NCBI GenBank assembly: GCA_963668315.1
Contig: OY764216.1
Coordinates: 3,616,001 to 3,680,000 of the forward strand
DNA from: Spirochaetia bacterium
GTDB taxonomy: Bacteria; Spirochaetota; Spirochaetia; DSM-2461
DNA: 64,000 bases
Direction of reading: 5' to 3'
Shown one piece after another: positions 28,335 to 38,255 of the stretch. The position numbers and the translations under genes were made by a program. The first letter of the stretch is position 1. Each line of letters opens with the position of its first letter. The notes below the pieces were generated by a model that was not told where the DNA came from, did not search any database, and saw nothing but the letters and a program-made list of their open reading frames with translations.

Positions 28335-29399
28335 ATGGGAAAAATCTACTCTTCCGATAGGGAAATTTGCTTTTTTTTCAAAACCGGCTTCCATGAGTCG
28401 TCCTATTCGCATGAGATCCCGCAGAATTTTCTCACGGCGATGCCCGACCTATTTGACAAAAACGGTTTTTTAGTCCCGCGAAAGCTGAAAGAATCAGCCC
28501 ATAATAACGAAGCCCTTTTTGAGGATTTCTCCCGTTCACCCTATAGGGAATTACGGTTCCTGGGTCTGGCCGGCCTGATGACTCTTGATAGAGATAAGCA
28601 TGCCCCCCTTTTCTGGGATGGTTTTTACGACAGCTTTTACCCTGTCAGAAAACTTGTTATTGAGAAGTGGGAGAACCGGGAACGGACCAGACTTTTCAAT
28701 GAAATATTCAAACGCCTCACCGGAGATCCCCGCCAGGTGGTCCGTGAAGCGGCCTACGGAAGGATCAAAAGGGATTTTTCCGATCTTTTCTCTATCCGCA
28801 TCAACAGTTTCACCGCCGAAGAACAGTACAGGCTGATTATGTTTCTTGACAGCCATACGGCTCACGACCAGGCTTTTCTGGCTGAATTCATTGAAGGGGA
28901 AGATGATGCTCTGGCCTCCAGGGCTCTCTACCGTCTTCAGCTCGATGGGGAAAAGATAAGGAACAGATGGCCGGAGAAGACGAGAAAACTGAAGCTCCTC
29001 CGCTATGCCGCTCTGTTTTCCTTCTGCCATGGTAGCCAGGACTGTTTCCCCCCCGCCTTCCGCCTTATCGATGAACATACCCCTCCCGGACTGGCATCGA
29101 AGTATATTTCCGAATTAATCGGCCGCCCATTCAATGAAGAATGGAAAGGATTCTATAAAAAAGCCTGCCTCCTGATAGGAAAAATGAAGGGCCCCCGCTC
29201 TGTCGCTCTCCTTGAGCTTTTCTATAAAAACCGCAGCCTGTGGAAAGAACTGGGTTCCGACACAGCCCTTGCCTTCACGGCCCATAATCAATACTATACG
29301 GCAAACCTCCTGAAAATGATCATTCATGAGAATAGGGACGGAACTCCGGAAAAGGCTCTTTCCCAAGCGGCGGAAGAATTTGCCTTTCCCTTAGAATAA
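28335..29399 (+). CDS. Hypothetical protein with HEAT-like repeats
   Basis: 354-aa ORF; DS..PVR, DP...VREAA, DD.LA.RA repeats. Confidence 0.55.
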   Translation: MGKIYSSDREICFFFKTGFHESSYSHEIPQNFLTAMPDLFDKNGFLVPRKLKESAHNNEALFEDFSRSPYRELRFLGLAGLMTLDRDKHAPLFWDGFYDSFYPVRKLVIEKWENRERTRLFNEIFKRLTGDPRQVVREAAYGRIKRDFSDLFSIRINSFTAEEQYRLIMFLDSHTAHDQAFLAEFIEGEDDALASRALYRLQLDGEKIRNRWPEKTRKLKLLRYAALFSFCHGSQDCFPPAFRLIDEHTPPGLASKYISELIGRPFNEEWKGFYKKACLLIGKMKGPRSVALLELFYKNRSLWKELGSDTALAFTAHNQYYTANLLKMIIHENRDGTPEKALSQAAEEFAFPLE

Positions 29400-29411
29400 A
29401 AGGGACAAATT

Positions 29412-30593
29412 ATGAAAGTATACGAACTGACAGACTTGATAAAAAACAGTCTGGAGAGGGATTTCTCCACCGTCCGGGTTGAGGGTGAAATCTCCAATTT
29501 CCGTCCCTCCAGCACGGGACATATCTATTTTTCCCTCAAGGACGAGAAAGCCCTCATATCGGCGGTCCTCTTCAGAGGGCAGGCGGCCCGGCTTAACTTC
29601 CGCCCCAGGGACGGCCAGGTGGTTCAGGTTTCGGGAAGGATTTCCGTATACCCTCCCCGGGGAAGTTATCAGATAATCTGCCAGGATCTCTCTCCCGCCG
29701 GCGAAGGGGATTTACTCCAGATTCTGGAGGAGAGGAAACAGCGTCTTGCCGCTGAAGGGCTCTTCAGCAGCGACCGGAAAATGCCCCTCCCCCCCTTTCC
29801 CGAGAGAGTGGCCCTCGTCACCTCTCCCACGGGCGCCGCGGTTAGGGATATCCTCCAGGTCATGGATCGGCGCAGAGCCGCCGCCCATATCATCATCCTT
29901 CCCTGCCCCGTACAGGGCGACGGGGCGGCGGAGAAAATAGCCCGCCAGATAAGGCGGGTCAGCGAATACCGCATGGCCGATGTCATTATAACGGGGCGGG
30001 GAGGCGGTTCCCTTGAAGATCTCCTCCCCTTTTCCGAGGAGTGCGTGGTCCGGGCTATTGCCGAAAGCGAGATACCCGTCATCAGCGGGGTGGGCCATGA
30101 GATAGATTTTTCCCTGGCCGATTTCGCTGCCGACTTCCGGGCGCCCACTCCTTCCGCCGCGGCCGAAGTCGTTTCGGCCAGGGAGTCGGAAATCCGCGAG
30201 CGTATCTCCCTGGCACGAACCGATCTGGTAAGAGAAATGGAGAGGCGGCTGGAGAAGATCAGACTTCTTATACGGCCCTTTTCCCCGGACGAGCTGGAAC
30301 GAAGCTTCTACAGCTATCTGGAGCCGGTAATGTTGAGACTGGACGACGGAAAGGAGAACCTTTTCCGTGCCATAAGAGAGAGATTGGATGAGAAAAAGCA
30401 TGCCCTGGAGCTGAAAAAGCGGGATCTGGAAAACAGTTCCCCCCTGGCCCTGCTGGAAAGAGGCTTTGCCCGGGTTACCGGTCCCGAAGGAAAAACGGTA
30501 TTCAATGCAGATGAGTTAACCGAAGGAGACTCGATTTCCATACGCTTTCACAAGGGGGAAGCCAAAGGGGAGATCAAGGAGATTATACCATGA
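29412..30593 (+). CDS. xseA: Exodeoxyribonuclease VII large subunit
   Basis: VEGEISNF...SGH.YFSLKD, TSPTGAA.RD, RGGGS.EDL, SGVGHEID, RAPTPSAAAE. Confidence 0.97.
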   Translation: MKVYELTDLIKNSLERDFSTVRVEGEISNFRPSSTGHIYFSLKDEKALISAVLFRGQAARLNFRPRDGQVVQVSGRISVYPPRGSYQIICQDLSPAGEGDLLQILEERKQRLAAEGLFSSDRKMPLPPFPERVALVTSPTGAAVRDILQVMDRRRAAAHIIILPCPVQGDGAAEKIARQIRRVSEYRMADVIITGRGGGSLEDLLPFSEECVVRAIAESEIPVISGVGHEIDFSLADFAADFRAPTPSAAAEVVSARESEIRERISLARTDLVREMERRLEKIRLLIRPFSPDELERSFYSYLEPVMLRLDDGKENLFRAIRERLDEKKHALELKKRDLENSSPLALLERGFARVTGPEGKTVFNADELTEGDSISIRFHKGEAKGEIKEIIP

Positions 30594-30817
30594 AGAATTT
30601 TGAAGAAAAAATGGACCGGCTCGAAGAACTGAGCCGGCTGATTAAAGACAGGGAAACACCCCTGGATAAAGCGGTCAGCGCCTTTGACGAAGGGGTAAAA
30701 CTGGCCGCCCAGCTTGAAAAAGAGCTGGGAAAGGTAGAAAAGAAGGTGGAGATTCTGTTAAACGAGCCGGAACCGGAAAAGGGAGAGGAACCGGAGCTGG
30801 GGCTCTTTGATCAATAG
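30590..30817 (+). CDS. xseB: Exodeoxyribonuclease VII small subunit
   Basis: FEE....LE.......PL..A...F.EG..L; ATGA overlap with xseA. Confidence 0.92.
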   Translation: MKNFEEKMDRLEELSRLIKDRETPLDKAVSAFDEGVKLAAQLEKELGKVEKKVEILLNEPEPEKGEEPELGLFDQ

Positions 30818-30864
30818 GGCGGAAATAGTTTACTTTGTGGCAAAACTCTGCTATTCTACCGGTT

Positions 30865-31941
30865 ATGATTGACGAGAGAATGCAGAATAAAATAGACAGA
30901 ATACTGGCACGCCACAAAGAGGTGGAAATATCCCTCGGTGATCCCGATGTGGTAAAGGACCAGAAAAAATATAAAGAGCTCATGCAGGAGTTCTCCCATC
31001 TGTCCGATACGGTAAACTGTTTCAGGGAGTATACCGCCTCCACCGGCGAGTACAGGGATGCTCTGGAACTTGCCGAAATGGAAGAAGACCCGGATATGAG
31101 GGAGATGGCCCAGGAAGAGGCATCCTCGCTGAAAGAGAAATCAGCCCGGCTTTTGAATGATCTGAATGTGCTCCTTGTCCCCCGGGATCCTCTGGACGGC
31201 AAAAACATCATCATGGAAATCCGTGCAGGAACCGGCGGAGATGAAGCGGCACTTTTCGCCGCCGATCTCTACCGTATGTATACCCGTTATGCCGAAACCA
31301 AAGGATGGAAATCGGAGATTATTGAAGCCAATGAAACGGGGATAGGCGGTTTCAAGGAGATCATTTTTTCCATCGGCGGAAAAAGCGTCTACGGGGATCT
31401 CCGTTATGAATCGGGGGCTCACCGGGTTCAGCGTGTTCCTGAAACGGAATCGGGGGGAAGGATTCATACGTCCGCCGTTACCGTGGCCGTACTTCCCGAG
31501 GCGGAGGATACGGATATCGAAATAAGGCAGGAAGATCTTCGCGTTGACGTGTTCCGTTCCTCCGGACCGGGAGGACAGAGCGTCAACACTACCGACTCAG
31601 CCGTACGGATTACCCATATCCCTACGGGGGTCATCGTTACCTGCCAGGATGAAAAATCCCAGATAAAAAACAAAGCCAAGGCGATGCGTGTTCTCAAAGC
31701 CCGTCTTTTCGAAGCGGAAGAGGAGAAGAAGAACAAGGAACGGGCGGCCAACAGAAAGAGCCAGGTGGGAACAGGAGACCGTTCAGAACGGATCAGGACG
31801 TATAACTATCCTCAGAACAGAGTCACCGATCACAGGATCAATCTGACTCTCTATAAACTGGAAACGATCATGCAGGGTGAGATCAGGGAAATATTCGACG
31901 CCCTGAAACTCAACGCCCAGGAAGAGGCTCTGGAAGATTAA
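30865..31941 (+). CDS. prfA: Peptide chain release factor 1
   Basis: [21 protein letters not shown] (PET anticodon loop), [16 protein letters not shown]. Confidence 0.97.
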   Translation: MIDERMQNKIDRILARHKEVEISLGDPDVVKDQKKYKELMQEFSHLSDTVNCFREYTASTGEYRDALELAEMEEDPDMREMAQEEASSLKEKSARLLNDLNVLLVPRDPLDGKNIIMEIRAGTGGDEAALFAADLYRMYTRYAETKGWKSEIIEANETGIGGFKEIIFSIGGKSVYGDLRYESGAHRVQRVPETESGGRIHTSAVTVAVLPEAEDTDIEIRQEDLRVDVFRSSGPGGQSVNTTDSAVRITHIPTGVIVTCQDEKSQIKNKAKAMRVLKARLFEAEEEKKNKERAANRKSQVGTGDRSERIRTYNYPQNRVTDHRINLTLYKLETIMQGEIREIFDALKLNAQEEALED

Positions 31942-32453
31942 AAGGACCCGTTCTCAATCCGGAAGGAGAGCATTTCCTCCTCCCGGAAGACGAAGTATCC
32001 TTTAACATCCCATCCGGCCAGCATGAGGGGCAGCCAGTAGCGGTCATCCTCCCACATCCTGTCATAGGGGATTTCCTGTTCGTCAATCCAGAAGGGATCG
32101 GCCTCTTCGGTCGCTCCCATTTCCCCCCGGTAATCTTCCGCCACAAAGACGTGTCCCTTCAGCTTATAACCATCGGTAAACTGAAAATAGAGTTCGGCCT
32201 TCTTGACGAGCTTCTCGGGAGTGACAAGAACTTCCTCTTCCGTTTCACGAATTGCCCCTTCGAGAGGGGTCTCCCCCGGTTCAATCCGGCCGCCCGGGGC
32301 ATTGATCAGTCCCGTGCCCATGCCGGTCTTCTTGGTCATAAGCAGAAGCTTTCCCCCTTTCCTGATAAAGCACAATGTGGCTTCCTCCGTAGGAATCCAG
32401 GCCTGCCAGTCAAGGGAATTGATATCGGAGGGTATGTAATCAGAGGATTTCAT
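31938..32453 (-). CDS. NUDIX hydrolase, MTH1-like 8-oxo-dGTPase
   Basis: GGRIEPGE...[23 protein letters not shown]. Confidence 0.85.
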   Translation of the reverse strand: MKSSDYIPSDINSLDWQAWIPTEEATLCFIRKGGKLLLMTKKTGMGTGLINAPGGRIEPGETPLEGAIRETEEEVLVTPEKLVKKAELYFQFTDGYKLKGHVFVAEDYRGEMGATEEADPFWIDEQEIPYDRMWEDDRYWLPLMLAGWDVKGYFVFREEEMLSFRIENGSF

Positions 32454-33480
32454 AGGCCCTTCTCAGAAGTTCTTCCGTCTTTTCCCAGCCGATGCACTCA
32501 TCGGTTATGGATACGCCGTATTTCAATTTACTCCGGTCGTCGCACAGGGGCTGGTTCCCCCCGTTGATATTGCTTTCAAGCATGAAGCCCTTAATGGCGT
32601 CCATACCCCGTATTCTTTGGTCGAGAACGTTATTCAGCACTCTTTCCTGCCTGTCGGCCTTCTTTCCCGAATTGGAATGGCTGCAGTCAACGATGATCGC
32701 CGGATTAATATCATGGGAGACCATCATTTCACGGGCATCTTCCATGAATTCCACATAGTAATTCGGCCCCCGGTCTCCCCCGCGCATAATCAGGTGCCCG
32801 TATTTGTTCCCCCTTGTCTTTAATACGGAGGTCAATCCTTTTTCATCGATCCCGATAAAACTGTGGGGATGGCGGGACGATCTTATGGCATTGATGGCCT
32901 TCTCGAAACTCCCGTCCGTGCTGTTCTTGAATCCCACGGGCATGGAAAGGCCGCTGGTGAGTTCGCGGTGTGTCTGTGACTCTGTGGTTCTGGCTCCGAT
33001 AGCCGCCCAGGAGATCAATCCCGAGATATACTGGGGAATGATGGGGTCGAGAATTTCCGAGCCGACGGGAAGATCCATTTTGTTGATCTCTATCATGATT
33101 TCCCGGGCGATTTTGAGGCCTTCTCCAATCTGATAGCTTCCGTCGATATGGGGATCGACAATCAGTCCTCTCCATCCGATGGTGGTGCGGGGTTTTTCAA
33201 AATAGACCCGCATAATCAGGTAGAGCTTGTCGGAAAGGTCTTTTTTCAATCGGGAAAGCCTTTCTCCGTAATCGAGGGCGGATTTTTTATCGTAAATGGA
33301 GCAGGGACCGACAATGGCGAGCATCCGCTTATCTTCACCTTTCAGAATTTTCTCTATTTCTTCCCTGTATCTGATAATGGAGTCCTTTCCCCCTTCAGAG
33401 AGGGGCTGAGCCGCTCTGAAGTCCTCCGGGGAGATAAGGGGTGAAACTTCTTTTATGTTAATATCATCTAATCTTTTCAT
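32440..33480 (-). CDS. aroG: DAHP synthase type I-alpha
   Basis: VGPCSI, MRVYFEKPRTT.GW, AIGARTTESQ.HR, VGFKN.TDG, VDCSH.NS, SITD.C; isozyme name uncertain. Confidence 0.93.
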   Translation of the reverse strand: MKRLDDINIKEVSPLISPEDFRAAQPLSEGGKDSIIRYREEIEKILKGEDKRMLAIVGPCSIYDKKSALDYGERLSRLKKDLSDKLYLIMRVYFEKPRTTIGWRGLIVDPHIDGSYQIGEGLKIAREIMIEINKMDLPVGSEILDPIIPQYISGLISWAAIGARTTESQTHRELTSGLSMPVGFKNSTDGSFEKAINAIRSSRHPHSFIGIDEKGLTSVLKTRGNKYGHLIMRGGDRGPNYYVEFMEDAREMMVSHDINPAIIVDCSHSNSGKKADRQERVLNNVLDQRIRGMDAIKGFMLESNINGGNQPLCDDRSKLKYGVSITDECIGWEKTEELLRRAYEIL

Positions 33481-33574
33481 GGGTTTATCATAAAGCAAAG
33501 ATAGGGTAAGGTAAATAGGATATCTTCCCCGCAATTACTCTTAATGGATGGTGAAAATGACCGATAATGGAATT

Positions 33575-34606
33575 ATGAAAAGGTTTATTTCTGGTATAAT
33601 ATTTTTTACAGCGGGTATTCTTCTTTTTTCAGAAGAATATGTCAGCACCCTACTCTACTCCCAGGTACTTTTCGAAGATCGCGGAACCAACCCGGTCGTA
33701 GTCACCGACGACAGAGGCTGGGTGGATATCGGCAAGGCCGATCTGGGTGATTTTTTCCGCGTTCCCGTTTCAGACAGCGAAAGCATCCGCAAATGGCGAG
33801 TTGTGGTGAAATATCTTGATGAAAACCGCACGGGACAGACAACTCTGCAGATTCGCCTCAGGGGCGAAGGGTATACGACTCTTTTTACCCTGCCCTGGAA
33901 TAATATCAGCTCCGTTCCCTCCGAACAGGAGAGCAACTGGTACATGGCGGACCGCATGAACCCCCAGAATTTTCTGAGTGTCTGCAGCGCCAGACTTATC
34001 ACTCCTCCCGGAACGGTGGAACCGGGGAAGATCTACAAAATAACCCTGGAAGCCTGGGATTTTAACAAGGCCGAAGAGAGGAAGACCTACTCCTATAACG
34101 ACACCCTGCTTGCCAGTTCACGGCTGCTCTCTCCTCTCGGGCAGCAGCAGCCCCACGAGATAGGCCAGGAGCCTTTAAAGGGAGATGATCCCTACTCATC
34201 GGTAAAAGCCGAAGAGTTCGCCCTGGAGTTTGTGGAAGCGTCCCTCTACGGAGACCTCCCTTCCTTCTACCGTGCCCTTGACAATGAAATCCATACCTTG
34301 TCCGATGGCCAGCGGCACAGTAAATTCATCATCAATCCCCCGGAAGGTGTGAATTCGGCCTGGTCCATGGAAGACTATAAAAGGGATTACGAGTACCGCA
34401 TCTATTCCTATGATGAATATGCCGCCCTCTTTCCCGAATGGTTCGCCGACGACCGCAGCTGGACGCCGGACAGACGCTGTTTCCTCTTCATGGGAAACAA
34501 AGTGAAAGAGGGAAGCTTTCCCTTCTTCTCCCAGGAAGACCTTCTCGTTTTCATGGTGAGACGGCAGGAATCGGGCTGGAAGGTTATCGCCCGTCCTCAG
34601 ATCTAG
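33575..34606 (+). CDS. Secreted hypothetical protein
   Basis: Signal peptide MKRFISGIIFFTAGILLFS; 343-aa ORF filling gap. Confidence 0.7.
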   Translation: MKRFISGIIFFTAGILLFSEEYVSTLLYSQVLFEDRGTNPVVVTDDRGWVDIGKADLGDFFRVPVSDSESIRKWRVVVKYLDENRTGQTTLQIRLRGEGYTTLFTLPWNNISSVPSEQESNWYMADRMNPQNFLSVCSARLITPPGTVEPGKIYKITLEAWDFNKAEERKTYSYNDTLLASSRLLSPLGQQQPHEIGQEPLKGDDPYSSVKAEEFALEFVEASLYGDLPSFYRALDNEIHTLSDGQRHSKFIINPPEGVNSAWSMEDYKRDYEYRIYSYDEYAALFPEWFADDRSWTPDRRCFLFMGNKVKEGSFPFFSQEDLLVFMVRRQESGWKVIARPQI

Positions 34607-35466
34607 TCTTTTTCATCGCCTTTGACTTTACGCTCTTCGCCGGGTCTCTCCAGGGAGATCCGGCCGATCTTTCCTTCCCTCAATTCCTTCAGCAAAAGAA
34701 AACAGGTCTTTTCCCTGTCCACAACTCCGCCGGATACCAGGCATCCTCTCTTTTTTCCCAGCTCTTCAATGAAATCCTGCGGATCCTCAGGAACGGTCTC
34801 CCATTTGTAACGTTCCCTCAGTTCCTTGTCATAGCGCAGACATAAATAGGGCACCGTAAATAGGGCTATCCTTTCGATGGGCAGAATCGTATCCTTTATG
34901 GAGCCGAGGGCCGCCAGATTGAATCCGGAATGCATATCTTCGAATTTGGGCCAGAGCATTCCCGGCGTGTCGAAAATCTGAAGACCCTTTCCCGCGTCAA
35001 AACGTTGCATTTCCTTGGTAAAACCGGGCATATTGGCCACACCGGCCTTTCTCTTTCCCGCCAGAGCATTAATCAAAGTAGATTTTCCCACATTGGGAAT
35101 CCCGAGAATCATGGCTCTAACCGGCCGCCTGTCAATCCACCGGGCACCCCGGCAGAGATCCCTCGCCGCAGGGGAGATGCGGGAAAGGGTCTTCCTGTTC
35201 TGGGCCGACACGGCCAGGGGAAGGGTGTCTCCCTCCTCCTTGAAGTACTCAAGCCAGAGCTTCGTGGCCGTCGGATCGGCCAGATCCTCCTTGTTCAGAA
35301 GTATAATCCTTTTCTTCTGGGCCGTAATCTTCTTGAGCAGGGGGTTTCTGCTGCTCAGGGGAACACGGGCGTCCAGTATCTCTATTATGATATCGACCTT
35401 CTTGAGATTCTCTTTTATCTCTCGGCTTGCTTTGGTCATATGACCGGGGAACCACTGTACTTGCAT
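34603..35466 (-). CDS. ylqF: Ribosome biogenesis GTPase YlqF/RbgA
   Basis: QWFPGHM.KA, DARVP.SS.NP, NK.DL, G.PNVGKS, DTPG.LWP. Confidence 0.96.
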   Translation of the reverse strand: MQVQWFPGHMTKASREIKENLKKVDIIIEILDARVPLSSRNPLLKKITAQKKRIILLNKEDLADPTATKLWLEYFKEEGDTLPLAVSAQNRKTLSRISPAARDLCRGARWIDRRPVRAMILGIPNVGKSTLINALAGKRKAGVANMPGFTKEMQRFDAGKGLQIFDTPGMLWPKFEDMHSGFNLAALGSIKDTILPIERIALFTVPYLCLRYDKELRERYKWETVPEDPQDFIEELGKKRGCLVSGGVVDREKTCFLLLKELREGKIGRISLERPGEERKVKGDEKD

Positions 35467-35469
35467 GGG

Positions 35470-36300
35470 CTATGCTCCTTGATTGCTCAGACTGAAATGG
35501 GGTAATTCAGACGATGGGATTTCTTTATTTTTTTCCATATCAATCCCCATAACGGGCTCCCCCCGGGGACAGACAGACCAGGGGACATCCCCTTTATACA
35601 GTCCGGAAACCTCTTCTTTGACTTTCTCCACGGTATTGTTATTTTTTGAGAGGTGGCAAAGATGAATATATTGGAGAGAACAGGGAACGGACGAAGTTAT
35701 CTCCAGCATGAAACGGGCGGCGTCTTCGTTGGAAAGATGGCCCCGGGACGATGCGATGCGTTTCTTCAGATGGGGGGGATAGGGCCCTTCGGACAGCATG
35801 ACGGGAGAGTAGTTAGCCTCGAGGAACAGTAGATGGGAATCCCGGGCGTAACGGAACATGTCTTCGGTGATCTTTCCCGTATCGGTGATCAGGGTAAAAC
35901 GGAAATCGTCCAGATCAAAATGAAATCCCAGGGAATGGGGAGAATCGTGGCTGGCACGGAAGGGAGTAAATTTCAAATGGCGGAATTCATACTCCCTGTT
36001 CTCCTCCACATCGAGCTTTTTAAATATCCCCTTCTCTCCCAGCTCCTCCATCCCATGATCCTTATGGGCCACCACGGGAATCTGATACTTGCGTGACAGT
36101 CTCTCCACTCCTTTAAGGTGGTCCGAATGGAGGTGGGTTAAAAAAATGAAATCGATTTTCCCCGGATGGAAGCCGAAAGAGATACACCTCTCCTCAAACC
36201 GGCGGCAGCTTAGCCCGTTATCAATAACGAAGCATAAACCGTCCTTTTCGAAAATATAGGAGTTGGCGCATGATCCGGAGGAGAGGATAGCGTATCTCAT
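35470..36300 (-). CDS. MBL-fold hydrolase, YycJ/WalJ-like
   Basis: LSSGS..N, THLHSDH, SHD, TDTG, EANY, YP..LK.RI....GHLSN, HLS..NN. Confidence 0.88.
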   Translation of the reverse strand: MRYAILSSGSCANSYIFEKDGLCFVIDNGLSCRRFEERCISFGFHPGKIDFIFLTHLHSDHLKGVERLSRKYQIPVVAHKDHGMEELGEKGIFKKLDVEENREYEFRHLKFTPFRASHDSPHSLGFHFDLDDFRFTLITDTGKITEDMFRYARDSHLLFLEANYSPVMLSEGPYPPHLKKRIASSRGHLSNEDAARFMLEITSSVPCSLQYIHLCHLSKNNNTVEKVKEEVSGLYKGDVPWSVCPRGEPVMGIDMEKNKEIPSSELPHFSLSNQGA

Positions 36301-36638
36301 GAACGGGAAAGGATTTCCTTCCACTGATCGGGGACAAACCCGAGCGTAATATCCTTGTCCAGACGTATGACGGGTGTCTTAAGGAGAAGATTGTTCTCCA
36401 TTACCTCTTCACGGGGATCGTAGTCCATATAAGCATATCCCTTCTCCTTATACAGATTCGATTCCCTGTCAATTATATTATCACGACCGGCTTTCTGAAT
36501 AATCTTATCCAGCTCGCCGGGACTCAATTCTCTCTCGTTCAGGTCGACAAAATGGAATTTTACCCCTCTTTCCTTAAAGAACATCTGGGCTTTTTTGGTA
36601 TCCCGGCATTTTTTCGTACCGATTATCTGAATATTCAT
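36297..36638 (-). CDS. ArsC/Spx/YffB-family protein
   Basis: IQI.GTKKC.DT.KA..FFKERG, LLKTP.IR. Confidence 0.85.
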   Translation of the reverse strand: MNIQIIGTKKCRDTKKAQMFFKERGVKFHFVDLNERELSPGELDKIIQKAGRDNIIDRESNLYKEKGYAYMDYDPREEVMENNLLLKTPVIRLDKDITLGFVPDQWKEILSRS

Positions 36639-36750
36639 GGAAGCATAATAGCATATTCGAACCTATTGCCCAACCCTCGTATCACAGGTAAGATAACTTC
36701 CAGCCGGTCCCTTTATGAGAAGGGCCGGTCATACTACCAAGGAGCTGAAT

Positions 36751-37095
36751 ATGGAAGAGACAATCTTTGATAAGATTCTATCCGGCGATATTCCTTCGGA
36801 CAAGGTTTACGAGGATGAAGATGTGCTGGCCTTCAGGGATGTGAGCCCCCAGGCCCCTGTCCATGTACTGGTCATTCCCAAGAGAAAGGCCTCCTCCTTT
36901 CCCGAACTGATCGAAAGATCTCCCGAGGAAGTGGGGCTTTTCTTTCAGAAAACCGCCATTGTCGCCGGGAAGCTGGGACTGGAAGAGAATGGGTACCGTA
37001 TTGTGGTGAACAACGGAAAACACGGACAGCAGACCGTAGCCTATCTTCACGCCCACATTCTGGGGGGGAGACAGATGAACTGGCCTCCGGGCTGA
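36751..37095 (+). CDS. Histidine triad (HIT) nucleotide-binding protein
   Basis: AF.D..PQAPVH.LVIPK, GQ.V..LHAHILGGR...WPPG; first triad His is Tyr (YLHAH). Confidence 0.92.
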   Translation: MEETIFDKILSGDIPSDKVYEDEDVLAFRDVSPQAPVHVLVIPKRKASSFPELIERSPEEVGLFFQKTAIVAGKLGLEENGYRIVVNNGKHGQQTVAYLHAHILGGRQMNWPPG

Positions 37096-37141
37096 TAGAA
37101 TTTTTTCTTCAATTCTTCCGGATTGAAGATTCATCTTCGGG

Positions 37142-37171
37142 TTGACAACAGCCACTATACATACGTATAGT
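37142..37171 (+). promoter_or_regulatory. dinB promoter overlapped by a palindromic operator candidate
   Basis: TTGACA, 18 nt, TATAGT; ACTATAC-atac-GTATAGT at 37154-37171. Confidence 0.65.
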
Positions 37172-37178
37172 ATTCTAT

Positions 37179-38255
37179 GTGAGGAAGATTATTCACATAG
37201 ACATGGACGCTTTTTTCGCCTCGATTGAGCAGAGAAACAATCCTGCCCTGAAAGGAAAACCGGTCATTGTGTCCGGCCCTCCCCAGTCGCGCAGCGTTGT
37301 CAGTACCTGCTCTTACGAGGCGAGAAAGTTCGGAGTCCATTCCGCCATGCCTGCCAGCCATGCCTACCGTCTCTGTCCCCAGGGGATATTCGTCCCTCCC
37401 CACTTTTCCGAGTACAAAGAAGCATCACGCATAATCCAGGAGATATTCCACGAGTATACCGATATTGTGGAGCCCCTTTCCTTAGATGAAGCCTATCTCG
37501 ATGTGACGGATAATAAAAAAAATATCCGATCATCCACCCTGATCGCCCGGGAAATAAAAAGAAAAATAAAAGAAAGGACCGAGCTGACCTCCTCGGGGGG
37601 AGTCTCCTATAACAAATTCCTTGCGAAAATTGCCTCCGACTGGGAAAAACCGAACGGTCTTACCGTCATCACCCCCAGAAGGTCCGTCCGCTTTCTGGAG
37701 GAGCTGCCCATCGGGAAATTCTGGGGAATCGGTAAAAAAACCGAAGAACATATGAAGGAACTGGGCATAGAGAAAGGGCGGGATCTGAAAAAATACGAGA
37801 AATGGGAGCTGATCGAAATATTCGGAAAATCCGGGGCCTATTATTACGAAGTGGTGAGAGGAGTCGATGACCGCCCCGTCCAGCCGGAGAGGATCCGAAA
37901 AAGTATCGGCAGGGAAGAAACCTTTTCCCGGGATATACTGGAAAAAAACGAGATAATCGATATTCTTAATACCATCGCCGAAGATCTGGAAAAAACTCTC
38001 AAACGTTATGAAACGGGAGGAAAAACGGTCACACTGAAAGTGAAATATCACGATTTCCAATCCATAACCAGAAGCCGCTCACTCCCCGACGCCGTACAGA
38101 CCCGGACGGACCTGATAAACCAGGCACTGATCCTTATGGAGAAAACAGAGATCGGCATTCGCCCCATCCGGCTCATCGGGCTCTCGGTCACCTCTTTAAC
38201 CGGCTCGGCCTTCCGGGACGGGGATGATCAACTGGACCTTTTTACCCTCTGCTGA
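37179..38255 (+). CDS. dinB: DNA polymerase IV
   Basis: IIHIDMDAFFASIE, SYEARKFGV.SAM, SLDEAYLD, NKFLAKIAS...KPNG; C-terminal QLDLF clamp motif. Confidence 0.97.
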   Translation: MRKIIHIDMDAFFASIEQRNNPALKGKPVIVSGPPQSRSVVSTCSYEARKFGVHSAMPASHAYRLCPQGIFVPPHFSEYKEASRIIQEIFHEYTDIVEPLSLDEAYLDVTDNKKNIRSSTLIAREIKRKIKERTELTSSGGVSYNKFLAKIASDWEKPNGLTVITPRRSVRFLEELPIGKFWGIGKKTEEHMKELGIEKGRDLKKYEKWELIEIFGKSGAYYYEVVRGVDDRPVQPERIRKSIGREETFSRDILEKNEIIDILNTIAEDLEKTLKRYETGGKTVTLKVKYHDFQSITRSRSLPDAVQTRTDLINQALILMEKTEIGIRPIRLIGLSVTSLTGSAFRDGDDQLDLFTLC

